Source: Chloroflexota bacterium (lineage in GTDB: Bacteria > Chloroflexota > Limnocylindria > QHBO01). Taken from it: a DNA stretch of 64,000 nucleotides. The position numbers were made by a program, and so were the translations under genes. The notes beneath the pieces were generated by a model, which saw nothing but the letters and a program-made list of their open reading frames with translations, did no database searches and had not been told where the DNA came from. The stretch covers positions 449,112 through 513,111 of the forward strand of contig JBBDXT010000007.1 in NCBI GenBank assembly GCA_040902225.1. Direction: 5' to 3'. Position 1 is the first letter of the stretch; every line of letters starts with the position of its first letter. This document shows positions 1-9,331 of the stretch, piece by piece.

Positions 1-73
1 GTCATCGGGACGAGCTGCCCCCCGAGGAGCGGGTCGACGCCGAGGGGAAACCGCTCCCGCCGCGACCAGGCTT

Positions 74-874
74 CTAGAGGGCTGCCAGAAGTGCGTCATC
101 GGTAGGGGTGGCGCCCAGTCCAAGTCGCGAGCCAACGACCGCGGGGAGTGGCGGCTCCAGGTTGGTCGAGCGCAGTGCGTCCCACGAAGCCTCGCCAAAG
201 GCCGATGACGGCGTCCCATCCAGGATCACCCTGCCGGTCCTGAGCACGACAACCCGATCGAAGGACGTGGCCACGAATTCCATGTCGTGGCTGACGGCAA
301 TGACGGTCCTGCCCGCTGCGTGAGCGCGGTCGATGGCGAGCTTGACGATCTCCACGCCTCGCATGTCCAGTCCGGTGGTCGGCTCGTCCAGGACCAGCAC
401 GGGCGTGCCCATGGCCTGCACCGATGCCAGCGCCAGGAGCTTGCGCCGCGAAGCTCCCAGGTCATACGGGTTGGTGCCGGCATCTGCCTCGAGTCCGACC
501 TCGGCCAGGGCCTCGTCGACCGCCGCGCGCAGCGCACCGCCGCTCAAGCCGAGGTTACGCGGCCCGAACTCCACCTCGCGGCGGACGCTGCCGGCGAAGA
601 TCTGGCGATCGGGGTCCTGGAAGGCAAGCCCAACCGAGCGTGCCAGTTGCGCCACCGTGCGCGTTGCCACGTCGATGGGATCGTGCAGGACGCGCCCCGT
701 CGTGGGTCGCAGGAGTCCGTTGAGATGGCGCACCAGGGTCGTCTTGCCGCTGCCGTTCTGGCCGATGAGGGCGACCCGTTCGCCGGCGCCGATGCGCAGG
801 TCGATCCGGTCGAGCGCCAGTGCCCCACCCCGTGGGTATCGGAAGCTGACTCCGTCGAGGGTGATATCGGTCAT
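74..874 (-). CDS. ECF/ABC transporter ATP-binding protein (EcfA-type, second ATPase)
   Basis: Walker A GQNGSGKTT, Walker B/D-loop VLVLDEPTTGLD and H-loop SHD in the 266-aa ORF. It overlaps the upstream ATPase stop, so the two look co-translated. Confidence 0.8.
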   Translation of the reverse strand: MTDITLDGVSFRYPRGGALALDRIDLRIGAGERVALIGQNGSGKTTLVRHLNGLLRPTTGRVLHDPIDVATRTVAQLARSVGLAFQDPDRQIFAGSVRREVEFGPRNLGLSGGALRAAVDEALAEVGLEADAGTNPYDLGASRRKLLALASVQAMGTPVLVLDEPTTGLDMRGVEIVKLAIDRAHAAGRTVIAVSHDMEFVATSFDRVVVLRTGRVILDGTPSSAFGEASWDALRSTNLEPPLPAVVGSRLGLGATPTDDALLAAL

Positions 875-1695
875 CGCGCCAGCGCCAGCGCCTCGTCGAG
901 GCGGGCGAGTGCCGCCGCCGGCAGCTTCGCCTCGCCAGCCGCTCGCCGCAGGCGGACGACCGCCGGGGGAGCCACGCCGAGGTCGGTGAGCCGTGGATCG
1001 GCCAAAATCTCGGCGGCGACCCCGTCGAGCACCGTGCGACCGGCGTCGAGAGCCACGACCCGTGAGCAGATCGCTGCCAGCAGATCGGTCTTCTGTTCGG
1101 CGACCAGGATCGACGCACCGTTGGCCGCGAGGCCGGCCAGGGCCGTCGCGACCATCGCCGTGCCCGCGGGGTCGAGCTGGGCGGTCGGCTCGTCCAGCAC
1201 CAGGTGCGCGGGGCGAAGGGCGAGCAGGCCGGCAATCGCGACCAGCTGCTGCTGTCCGCCGGAGAGCTGGGCGGGGTCGCGATCGGCGAGCGACTCGATC
1301 CGCAGGGCCGCCAGCGCCTCTTCGGTTCGACCGATCACCTCGGAACGTGGCAGGCCCAGGTTCATTGGTCCAAAGGCGATCTCTTCGTAGACCGTGGCGG
1401 CCACCCCGGAAAGCTGCGTGGCGGGGCTGGCGAAGGCGATCCCGATCCGCCCGGCCAGCTCGTGCATGGCGAGTGGGGCCGTCTCCTCCCCGTCGAGCAG
1501 GACGCGTCCCGTGAGCGTGCCGCCCACGGTTCGCGGTGCGAGCCCCGAGGCGACCAGGCAGATGGTCGTCTTGCCCGCCTCGGAGGCGCCCACCAGGCCG
1601 AGCACCTCGCCGTCGCGCAGCTCCAGGCCCACCTCGTGGAGCGACGGGCGGGGGGCGCCGGCGTAGCGGTAGGTGACGGATTCGAGGGTCAGCAT
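871..1695 (-). CDS. ECF/ABC transporter ATP-binding protein (EcfA-type, first ATPase)
   Basis: Walker A GASEAGKTT, ABC signature LSGGQQQ and Walker B LVLDEP. The ORF as called starts at 1935, but the conserved N-terminus begins at MLTLESVTYRY (ATG 1695..1693). That ATG abuts the EcfT stop. Confidence 0.75.
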   Translation of the reverse strand: MLTLESVTYRYAGAPRPSLHEVGLELRDGEVLGLVGASEAGKTTICLVASGLAPRTVGGTLTGRVLLDGEETAPLAMHELAGRIGIAFASPATQLSGVAATVYEEIAFGPMNLGLPRSEVIGRTEEALAALRIESLADRDPAQLSGGQQQLVAIAGLLALRPAHLVLDEPTAQLDPAGTAMVATALAGLAANGASILVAEQKTDLLAAICSRVVALDAGRTVLDGVAAEILADPRLTDLGVAPPAVVRLRRAAGEAKLPAAALARLDEALALAR

Positions 1696-2405
1696 CAGCG
1701 CAGCCATCCCAGCCAGCCCAACGCGCGCGCGAGGATCAGCAGCGGCACCGCCAGCATCAGCAGCCAGCGGGCCAGTCGTTGGCGCGCCGAGTCCGGTGGC
1801 CACCACAGCAGCGTGCGACGCCCCGGGCGGCTGAATCCGCGTGCCTCGAGGGCCATCGTTCGCCCCTCGACCTCGGTGATAGAGCCCAGTAGGACCGGTC
1901 CGGCCAGGGGCAGCACGCCGCGCAGCCGCCGCCACAGCGATCCCTCTGTGTCGAGGCCGCGGGCCCGCTGCGCGGCCGTGATAGTCGCCGCCCGCTCGAC
2001 CAGGCCCGGCACCGTCTGCACCGAGGCGAGTGCGACGAACGCCATGCGCGGCGAGACGCCGCGGCGCTCGAGGTCGAGCACCAGCTCGGACGCCGGCGTG
2101 GTCAAGTAGAAGAGGGTGATGGCGCCGCTGATGGCACCGATGCGGGCCAGCGTCTCGAGCGCGAACCCGAGGCCCTCCGCGGTGGCAGTGATCGGCCCGA
2201 CCTGGAACAGGATCTCGCGACCCGCCGGGAAGAAGAAGAGGTTGACCAGCAGCACGCTGACCGCGATCGGCAGGGTCAGCAGCAGTGCCGTGCGCAGCAG
2301 CCGGCCAAGGATTCGGCCCATCACGGCAGGGACGACGACCGCCACCGCCGTCAGGATGGCCGGGCCCAGCAGCCCCCCGGCCATCACGGCCAACGCCGTG
2401 GTCAC
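1695..2405 (-). CDS. ECF transporter transmembrane (T) component, EcfT/CbiQ family
   Basis: 236-aa polytopic membrane protein with CbiQ-like hydrophobic profile and Arg-rich C-terminal coupling helices. It sits between the S-like protein and two EcfA ATPases. Confidence 0.7.
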   Translation of the reverse strand: MTTALAVMAGGLLGPAILTAVAVVVPAVMGRILGRLLRTALLLTLPIAVSVLLVNLFFFPAGREILFQVGPITATAEGLGFALETLARIGAISGAITLFYLTTPASELVLDLERRGVSPRMAFVALASVQTVPGLVERAATITAAQRARGLDTEGSLWRRLRGVLPLAGPVLLGSITEVEGRTMALEARGFSRPGRRTLLWWPPDSARQRLARWLLMLAVPLLILARALGWLGWLR

Positions 2406-2491
2406 CGCCGCCAGCGCCGCCTTGGTGAGCGGGTTGAGGCGATGGACGCTGGTCGGTCCGGGCGCCCCCAGGAACGAGGGGAGGCGATCGG

Positions 2492-3742
2492 TCAGGCGGA
2501 GGTCTCCTCGAGCACCTGCTCGCCCTGCGGGAAGCGGGCCTTGAAGCGGTTGGCCAGCGCAGACAGGATCAGGTACACGGTGAAGAAGGTGGTGACCTTG
2601 TCGATCGGGTCACTGATCAGGCCCTGCCCGGTCGTCGCGGCGTAGACATCGGCACCGGCCTGGCGGAAGGCAGCCACCAGGAAGTCGGTCCCGGAGGCGG
2701 TGACCCCTCCGAAGACGCCAGCGGCGATCGGCGCGCTGATCAGAGCCGCCACGATCCCGGTGAACACGCCCGCCACCACCACGTAGGCGGCCGTCAGATC
2801 GCGGCGCACCAGGAGCAGGGCGAAGAGGCCCAGCACCGCCAGGACAACCAGGGCCAGGGCCAGGTAGCCGAGCAGGACAAAGATCAGGTCGACGCTGGCG
2901 GGGTCAGGAAACAGGTTGATCTCGGTCTGGAAAATTCTGGTGTAGGCCAGCGCGGCGGCCCAGGTCAGCACTCCGACCAGCGCCACGGTGACGGCGCCGC
3001 CGGCAAGGAGCTCCGCTGAGGAGCGGTTGGGCCGCGGCCGCAGGAATCCGGCACGCCCCAGCAGACCGGCGATGACGCCGATCGCCACCGCTGTGATTGC
3101 AAAGGCCGCGGCCGGTTGATATTGGAACGGCGGCGGGATGACGTACGACCACAGGATGTTGCCCAGCCCGCCGGTGAGCGCGCCGGCGATCGGCCCGCAC
3201 AGCACTCCCACCAGGATGGTCCCGATCGAGTCGAGGTAGATCGGGATCTTGAGGGCGGACGCCACGGTCTGGCCCAGGATCACGTTGATCCCGATGCCGA
3301 CCGCCATGAGCAGGTAGGTTCGGGTGCCGAACTGCCCGGAGAGGGATGCGAGCCGCCCGGTCTGCACCAGCTCCAGGCCATAGGTCACGACGGCACCGAT
3401 GACCATGGCGACGGCCAGGATCAGCGCCCACGAGTTGGCGGCCTTGGTGTTGGCGAACGTGTTGGGGTCGACCGCGTTGGCGTCGCCGAAGTCACCAAAG
3501 CCGATGATCCCGACGTAGGTCGCCACGGCGAACGCGACGAGTCCGGCGGCGACGCGCATCGGGCCCCACTCCCCTGTCTGGGCCAGGGTGAGGCCCGCGT
3601 ACACAACGTCGGCCACGATGACGCCGACCGCCGCGGAGAGTGGCCACACCTGCCCCGTGGCGTACAGGCCGAGTCCGACGACGGCCCCGACCGCCAGCCC
3701 AATTGCGATGCGCATCCATCGGGCGGAATCCATGGCCCTCAA
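2492..3742 (-). CDS. ECF-transporter substrate-specific (S) component-like membrane protein, double length (416 aa)
   Basis: About 12 predicted TM segments. The core segment IPIYLDSIGTILVGVLCGPIAGALTGGLGNIL resembles S-component signature helices. The protein is roughly twice normal S-component size, suggesting an internal duplication or fusion. Confidence 0.45.
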   Translation of the reverse strand: MRAMDSARWMRIAIGLAVGAVVGLGLYATGQVWPLSAAVGVIVADVVYAGLTLAQTGEWGPMRVAAGLVAFAVATYVGIIGFGDFGDANAVDPNTFANTKAANSWALILAVAMVIGAVVTYGLELVQTGRLASLSGQFGTRTYLLMAVGIGINVILGQTVASALKIPIYLDSIGTILVGVLCGPIAGALTGGLGNILWSYVIPPPFQYQPAAAFAITAVAIGVIAGLLGRAGFLRPRPNRSSAELLAGGAVTVALVGVLTWAAALAYTRIFQTEINLFPDPASVDLIFVLLGYLALALVVLAVLGLFALLLVRRDLTAAYVVVAGVFTGIVAALISAPIAAGVFGGVTASGTDFLVAAFRQAGADVYAATTGQGLISDPIDKVTTFFTVYLILSALANRFKARFPQGEQVLEETSA

Positions 3743-4758
3743 CCTCCCTTGTGCTGTGGCTGCATCACGCGGGTCGGCACCGCGACCGCGCGCGTGAGGC
3801 GTTCCAGGAGCTCGCGATGCATCCCCTCCGCGTCCAGCTCCGTGACGATGCTCACCGGCAGGCGAGTCTCGTCCCTGGATCGGTACAGGCTGCCGGCCAG
3901 GTGCGGATCGTTGCCCGTGTCGCAGGCCAATCGCTCATCGACGGCCTCGGTTACCAGGTCGGGGCGCAGCAGCGACCCGATCAGCGTGACCGGGTCATGC
4001 AGGTAGCAGCCGTCGATCCCCTCCGCGTGCCGGTGGAAGGAGATGTAGAAGCGCACCGCGTCACGCACGATCGCCGACAGGGGTGTGCCCGGCAGGGCGT
4101 CGAGATCCTCGAGCGTGAAGATCAGGTCCTGGGTGGCGTCGAGCGGAAAGATGCGCGAGATGGCCCCGGCGGCCAGGACTGCTTCGGCCGCCTCGGGATC
4201 GACGCACGCATTCCATTCGCCGGTCTCCGTGGTGTTGCCCCGTTCCTCCAGCGTGCCGCCCATCCAGATCAGCTCGCGGAGCCCGCCGGCAAGATCCACC
4301 CCGTTCAGGACGGCGGATGCCAGGTTGGTGAGCGGACCCAGCGCCACCACGCTCAGCTCGCCCGGGTGTCGCTCGATGTGCGCGGCGAGGTAGCGCGGCG
4401 CGGGCACCGCCGTGTAGTCGGTCGATCCAAGCTCGGGATCCTCCCCGGTCAGCTCGACGTAGCCGGTGCCGGTGGGGCCGTGCGTGTCGGGCGCGGTGCG
4501 CAGGCGGCGATGGAGGGGGCGTGCCGCGCCGATGCTGACCGGCACGTCGCCGCGCCCCACCAGGCGCAGGATCTTGCCGGTGTTGCGCGCGACGTGGTGG
4601 ATCTCGACATTGCCCGCCACGCAGGTGACGCCGCGAAGGTTCAGCTCGGGAGCGGTCGCCGCGATGAGCAAAGCGATCATGTCGTCGATCCCGGTGTCGA
4701 CGTCCAGGAGGACCGGGCGGGGCTCGGCGTCGGTCGGGCTCGCCTGCATTGCCGTCAT
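3739..4758 (-). CDS. inosine-uridine-preferring nucleoside hydrolase family protein
   Basis: N-terminal DVDTGIDDMIALL aspartate cluster (the IUNH DXDXXXDD motif) and 339 aa length. Overlaps the S-like gene start. Confidence 0.8.
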   Translation of the reverse strand: MTAMQASPTDAEPRPVLLDVDTGIDDMIALLIAATAPELNLRGVTCVAGNVEIHHVARNTGKILRLVGRGDVPVSIGAARPLHRRLRTAPDTHGPTGTGYVELTGEDPELGSTDYTAVPAPRYLAAHIERHPGELSVVALGPLTNLASAVLNGVDLAGGLRELIWMGGTLEERGNTTETGEWNACVDPEAAEAVLAAGAISRIFPLDATQDLIFTLEDLDALPGTPLSAIVRDAVRFYISFHRHAEGIDGCYLHDPVTLIGSLLRPDLVTEAVDERLACDTGNDPHLAGSLYRSRDETRLPVSIVTELDAEGMHRELLERLTRAVAVPTRVMQPQHKGG

Positions 4759-4767
4759 CGTACCCCG

Positions 4768-5670
4768 CTAGAGTGGCCAGCCACCGGCGCGACCCACCTT
4801 GCTGCCCAGTTCGCCTCCCAGCTGCGAGGCGATGAATCGGGCCGCCGCCAGGACGCCGTCCAGGTTCACCCCCGAACGAACTCCCTGGCGGTCGAGCAGG
4901 AAGACGAGGTCCTCCGTCGCCAGGTTGCCCGCCGAGCCCGGCGCGTATGGCGAGCCGCCGGTTCCGCCCGCCGAGGAATCGAAGCAGCGGACGCCCACAT
5001 CCATCGCCGCCATCACGTTGGCGAGGGCCGTCCCGCGCGTATCGTGGAGGTGCAGGGCGAGCACATCCGGGCCGATCCCCGCGAGGGTCAGCGCCGCAAG
5101 CACCCGTGCTACATCGACTGGGGCGGCCACGCCAAGCGTGTCGGAGATCGACAGCTCGTCGACCCCAAGCCGCAGCAGCCGTTCAGCGACGCTCACCACC
5201 GCCCGTTCGTCCACCTCGCCCTCGTACGGGCAGCCAAACGCGGTGCTGACGTAGGCGCGGATCCACCAGCCGCGACGCCGCGCCTCGGCGGCAATCGGCT
5301 CGAAGGCCGCCAGCGACTCGTCAATGCTCATCCCGATGTTGTGCTGCACGTAGGCGTCGGTGGCCGCGGTGATGAGGCAGATCGCATCCACCTCCGCCGC
5401 GGTGGCGCGCTCCAGCCCGCGTGCATTCGGGACCAGGACCGGGTAGCGAACGCCGGAGCGTCGCTCGAGCCTTCCCAGCAACTCATCGGCATCGGCCATC
5501 TGCGGGATCGCTTTCGGGGAGACGAGCGAGGTTGCCTCGATCTCGTGCAGTCCGGCATCGGCGAGCATGCCGATGAACTGGAGCTTCGCATCGGTCGACA
5601 CGACGGTCGCCTCTGCCTGCAGCCCGTCGCGCGGACCAACCTCGTAGATGCGCACCTCGGGCCGGGTCAT
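4768..5670 (-). CDS. hydroxymethylglutaryl-CoA lyase
   Basis: HMGL-like TIM-barrel motifs: VGPRDGLQ near the N-terminus and HLHDTRG. 300 aa. Confidence 0.85.
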   Translation of the reverse strand: MTRPEVRIYEVGPRDGLQAEATVVSTDAKLQFIGMLADAGLHEIEATSLVSPKAIPQMADADELLGRLERRSGVRYPVLVPNARGLERATAAEVDAICLITAATDAYVQHNIGMSIDESLAAFEPIAAEARRRGWWIRAYVSTAFGCPYEGEVDERAVVSVAERLLRLGVDELSISDTLGVAAPVDVARVLAALTLAGIGPDVLALHLHDTRGTALANVMAAMDVGVRCFDSSAGGTGGSPYAPGSAGNLATEDLVFLLDRQGVRSGVNLDGVLAAARFIASQLGGELGSKVGRAGGWPL

Positions 5671-5682
5671 CGGTCGGCCATC

Positions 5683-7677
5683 TTAGGCCGATACCTCCGC
5701 CAACAGGTCCCCGCGCTGCACCTGCTGGCCAACCCTGACCGCGATGTGGGTCACCGTCCCGGCCAGCGGCGTCACCACGGCATGCTCCATCTTCATCGCC
5801 TCGATCACGACGAGCGCCTGGTGGGCCAGGACCGATGCGCCCTCGGCAGCGCGCAGGGCGATGACGCGGCCCGGCATCGGGGCCGTCAGGGAAGCGCTGC
5901 CTCCTGCGTGGGCGGTCGCGTGACGCACCGCCTCCTCGACGCCTGGCGGCATGGCCAGGGAGAACTCGAGCGACTGGCCCTCGACGTCGATGTACGCGAC
6001 TCCGGCGTCCACGACGACCTCGGCCTCCCCCGCAACCCCGAGTTCTACCCGCCGCTCTTCCTCGCCGTGTCGCATGCGGACCGCCGCCGGTGCCGCGGCG
6101 TGCCATCCACCGCCCCATGGGCTGTTCGGCTCGACCTCCAACAGGGCTGAAGCGGCCGTCGCCCAACTGGCCTCGTCCGGCATTGGCGCGGGCGGGAGCC
6201 GCAGGTTCGCCAGCGTATCGATCCGCACGTCGCCGTCGCGCATGACTGGCTGATCGAGCAGCCAGCGCAGGAATCGCAGATTGGTGCGCACGCCGAGGAC
6301 GCGGGTCTCATCGAGCGCGGCGCGCAGCCGCGTGAGCGCCTGAGAACGCGTCTGGCCGGTGGCGATCAGCTTGGCGAGAAGCGGGTCATATCGGTCCGAG
6401 ACGGCGTCGCCCTCGCGCACGCCCGTCTCGACCCGGACGCCGCCGGGCCAGCGAAGACGCAGCAGGCGGCCGGTGGCAGGCAGGAAGCCGGCATCCGGGT
6501 CCTCCGCGTACAGGCGCGCCTCGATGGCGTGGCCGCTCCAGCGCACCTCCGCCTGCGTGAAGCCGAGCGACTCTCCGGCTGCGATCCGCAGCTGGTCGGC
6601 GACGATGTCGCGGCCGGTCACTGCCTCGGTCACCGGATGCTCGACCTGCAACCGGGTGTTCATCTCGCCGAAGTAGAACTCGCCGCCATCGGTCACCAGG
6701 AATTCGACCGTCCCGGCGCTCGCGTAGCCGACCGCCGCAGCCACCTCCAGGGCAGCCGCTCCGAGCTGCTCGCGCAGCGCGCTGCTGACTGACGGCGCGG
6801 GCGACTCCTCGACGACCTTCTGGTTGCGCCTCTGGGCCGAGCAGTCGCGCTCGCCGAGGTGGACCCCGTGGCCATGCGCGTCGAACAGGACCTGGACCTC
6901 CACGTGGCGCGCCCCCCCGAGCAGTCGCTCCAGGATGAGCCGATCGTCGCCAAACGCGCGGCTCGCCTCGCGACGCGCCGAAGCGAGCTCCTCCGGCAGG
7001 CGGGCAGGGTCGCGCACCACGCGCATCCCTTTTCCACCCCCGCCAGCCGAGGGCTTGATGAGGACCGGAAAGCCGATCTCCGCCGCCGCGGAGGCCAGCG
7101 TGCCGTCGTCCTGGGCGTCGCCGTCGTAGCCGGGCACCACCGGGACGCCGTGTCCAACCGCCGTGCGCCTCGCCTCCGCCTTGTCGCCCATGGCGCTGAT
7201 GGCCCCGGCCGGCGGCCCGACCCAGGCCAGCCCGGCGCGCACCACCGCCTCGGCAAACGACGGGTTCTCAGCCAGGAAGCCGTAACCGGGGTGGATCGCG
7301 TCGGCACCCGCGGCACGCGCCGCGGTAATGAGCGCCTCGCCGTCGAGGTAGTCGGAGATCGGCAGCGCCAGGTCGACTCCATCGGGCGGCCGCTCGTCGG
7401 GAGCGTGAACGCCGATGGTCCGGATGCCGAGGCCACGAGCCGTGCGGACGATGCGCTGCACGATCTCGCCCCGGTTGGCGATGAGCAGTGCACGGATCCC
7501 GGAGCCCGGCACCGGATGACCGGCCGCGACCGAGCCGAGCGACGAGCGCGATACGCGCACACGCCCGCCAACCCGGATGGCCGGCAGCCGCCCGTCGGCG
7601 ACCCAGCGCTGCACGGTGCGGACGGTGACGCCCAACTCCTCCGCCACCTGGCGGGGCGTCAGCGTCTCGTCGGTCAT
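5683..7677 (-). CDS. methylcrotonyl-CoA carboxylase alpha subunit (biotin carboxylase + BCCP) with N-terminal HTH extension
   Basis: Biotin carboxylase core (LLIANRGEI...), ATP-grasp region, and a C-terminal biotinyl domain with EAMKME. Residues 1-55 (LTPRQVAEELGVTVRTVQRWVADGRLPAIRVGGRVRV) form an excisionase/MerR-like helix-turn-helix. Confidence 0.8.
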   Translation of the reverse strand: MTDETLTPRQVAEELGVTVRTVQRWVADGRLPAIRVGGRVRVSRSSLGSVAAGHPVPGSGIRALLIANRGEIVQRIVRTARGLGIRTIGVHAPDERPPDGVDLALPISDYLDGEALITAARAAGADAIHPGYGFLAENPSFAEAVVRAGLAWVGPPAGAISAMGDKAEARRTAVGHGVPVVPGYDGDAQDDGTLASAAAEIGFPVLIKPSAGGGGKGMRVVRDPARLPEELASARREASRAFGDDRLILERLLGGARHVEVQVLFDAHGHGVHLGERDCSAQRRNQKVVEESPAPSVSSALREQLGAAALEVAAAVGYASAGTVEFLVTDGGEFYFGEMNTRLQVEHPVTEAVTGRDIVADQLRIAAGESLGFTQAEVRWSGHAIEARLYAEDPDAGFLPATGRLLRLRWPGGVRVETGVREGDAVSDRYDPLLAKLIATGQTRSQALTRLRAALDETRVLGVRTNLRFLRWLLDQPVMRDGDVRIDTLANLRLPPAPMPDEASWATAASALLEVEPNSPWGGGWHAAAPAAVRMRHGEEERRVELGVAGEAEVVVDAGVAYIDVEGQSLEFSLAMPPGVEEAVRHATAHAGGSASLTAPMPGRVIALRAAEGASVLAHQALVVIEAMKMEHAVVTPLAGTVTHIAVRVGQQVQRGDLLAEVSA

Positions 7678-7701
7678 GTCGCGATTGTCGCAGAGGGTGG
7701 G

Positions 7702-8493
7702 CTACTCCTCGCGCCAGGACGGCGAGCGCTTGTCAAGGAATGCGCCCAGCCCCTCCTGGCCCTCGGCGGAGACCCGCTGTCGGGCGGCGCGTTCGACGGT
7801 GAGCGTCAATGCGTCGCTGTGCGGCAGTCCGCGCTGGTCGCGGAGCATCGCCTTGGCGTTGCGGACCGCCTCGGGCCCAGCGGAGAGGATCTCCCCCAGC
7901 AGCGCCCCGACCCGGGCGTCCAGGGCTGGCCGGTCGGCGACCACCTCCGACACCAGGCCGATGCGCAGCGCCCGCTCGGATTCGAACCGCTCCCCGGTCA
8001 GGAAGAGGGCGCGCGCCGGCCCCTCCCCGATACGCCGCAGCACGAACGGGCTGATGACGGCCGGCATCAGGCCGAGCTTCACCTCCGTGAATCCAAAGGT
8101 CGTATCGGCGCTCGCCAGGGTGAGGTCGGCCACACAGCACAGCGCCATGCCTCCCCCCAACGCCGCGCCGTGCACGGCGGCAATCACCGGGACCGGGCAC
8201 TCGTCGATGGCGAGGAGCATCTCCTGCAGGCGACCCGCATCGGCCTCGTTGTCCTCCATCGAGAGGCCGATCGAGGCGCGCTGCCACTCGATGTCGGCGC
8301 CGGCGCAGAAGGCCTTCCCCTCGCCTGCCAGCACGACAGCGCGCAGGCTCGTCGGCGACTCCGTCGTGAACCGGTCGAAGGTGGCGCGCAACTCGGCGAT
8401 CAGCTCGGCGTTGAAGGCGTTGCGCACCTCCGGACGGTCCAGGGTCACGCGGGCGACGGCCCGGTCGCGCTCGACCCGCAGGACGTCGCTCAC
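7702..8493 (-). CDS. enoyl-CoA hydratase family (likely methylglutaconyl-CoA hydratase)
   Basis: Crotonase fold motifs AGADI and GGGMALCC. It sits between the two carboxylase subunit genes. Confidence 0.75.
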   Translation of the reverse strand: MSDVLRVERDRAVARVTLDRPEVRNAFNAELIAELRATFDRFTTESPTSLRAVVLAGEGKAFCAGADIEWQRASIGLSMEDNEADAGRLQEMLLAIDECPVPVIAAVHGAALGGGMALCCVADLTLASADTTFGFTEVKLGLMPAVISPFVLRRIGEGPARALFLTGERFESERALRIGLVSEVVADRPALDARVGALLGEILSAGPEAVRNAKAMLRDQRGLPHSDALTLTVERAARQRVSAEGQEGLGAFLDKRSPSWREE

Positions 8494-9296
8494 CCGCGGC
8501 CCCTGGTGTAGAACGGATCGGTGACGGCACGGACCGATGCCAGGAGTGGCTCCTCGAGCCAGACCACATCGGTCCCGTCCGGGACGTCCACGACCGCGGA
8601 CGCACCTTCGCCTCCGAGCAGGCCGAGCATCAGCCGCGAGGTGCCGTCACTCTCCGACTCGACCAGCCAGGCGCTCTCGACATCGGTCTGGCGCAGGGCC
8701 TCGCGCAGGGCAGGCTCCAGCGCCATGGCATGCGGACCCGCGAGTCGCAGGCGGATCGAGCGGCGGGTCAAGGGTGGCGCGAGTGGCTCCTCGGTGCCGG
8801 GAAGGACCCCGGCTGCCAGGGCGGTCAGCTCCTCGGGTTCGAATCGATAGGTGATCGGGCCGGCCGGATCCATGATCGCCGGCACGCCGGCGGCGGCCAT
8901 GTTGCCGATGGCGATGCGGGCGGGCAGCGGCAGGCTGGCGGTGCCACGCGGCGACCAGGCCGAGAGCGCCGCCACCGATGCGAAGCAGACGCTCGTCGCC
9001 CGACCATCGGCGTCGGCAGCGAGCAACACGCTGACCTCGACCTCCTCGTCGTCATTGACGGCCGCGGCCAGCGCCGCGTTGGCCTCGTCACCGTGCTCGG
9101 GTGGGACCGGCAGCAGCAGCGTCCCGTTCATGAGCGTCCGGTAGAAGGAATCGAGCGCGGCCCGGCCGCCTTCGCCACGGGCCTCTGCGTCCCGGGCCGT
9201 CAGCATGGCCTCGAAGATGGCGAGCGAGCTCTCCTCGAGGGCGCCACTCGGCGTCGAGCGGTCGTGCGAGCCGGGCTCCGGGGCGTCGAGGACCAT
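8490..9296 (-). CDS. SseB-like hypothetical protein
   Basis: 268-aa acidic protein resembling the SseB family (N-terminal AIFEAML...SFYRTLMNGTLLLPV). Assigned from memory only. Confidence 0.35.
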   Translation of the reverse strand: MVLDAPEPGSHDRSTPSGALEESSLAIFEAMLTARDAEARGEGGRAALDSFYRTLMNGTLLLPVPPEHGDEANAALAAAVNDDEEVEVSVLLAADADGRATSVCFASVAALSAWSPRGTASLPLPARIAIGNMAAAGVPAIMDPAGPITYRFEPEELTALAAGVLPGTEEPLAPPLTRRSIRLRLAGPHAMALEPALREALRQTDVESAWLVESESDGTSRLMLGLLGGEGASAVVDVPDGTDVVWLEEPLLASVRAVTDPFYTRGRG

Positions 9297-9331
9297 GCTT
9301 GGCAGCCTAACACCGGCATGCGGTTCCAGAT

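Noticed and set aside
287-8511. Long plus-strand ORFs (287..1390, 3640..6150 at 836 aa, 6859..8511 and others) antisense to the minus-strand gene array
   Set aside because: Low-complexity Arg/Ala/Gly/Pro-rich translations typical of antisense frames in 70% GC DNA. Every one overlaps a well-supported gene with recognisable motifs on the other strand.
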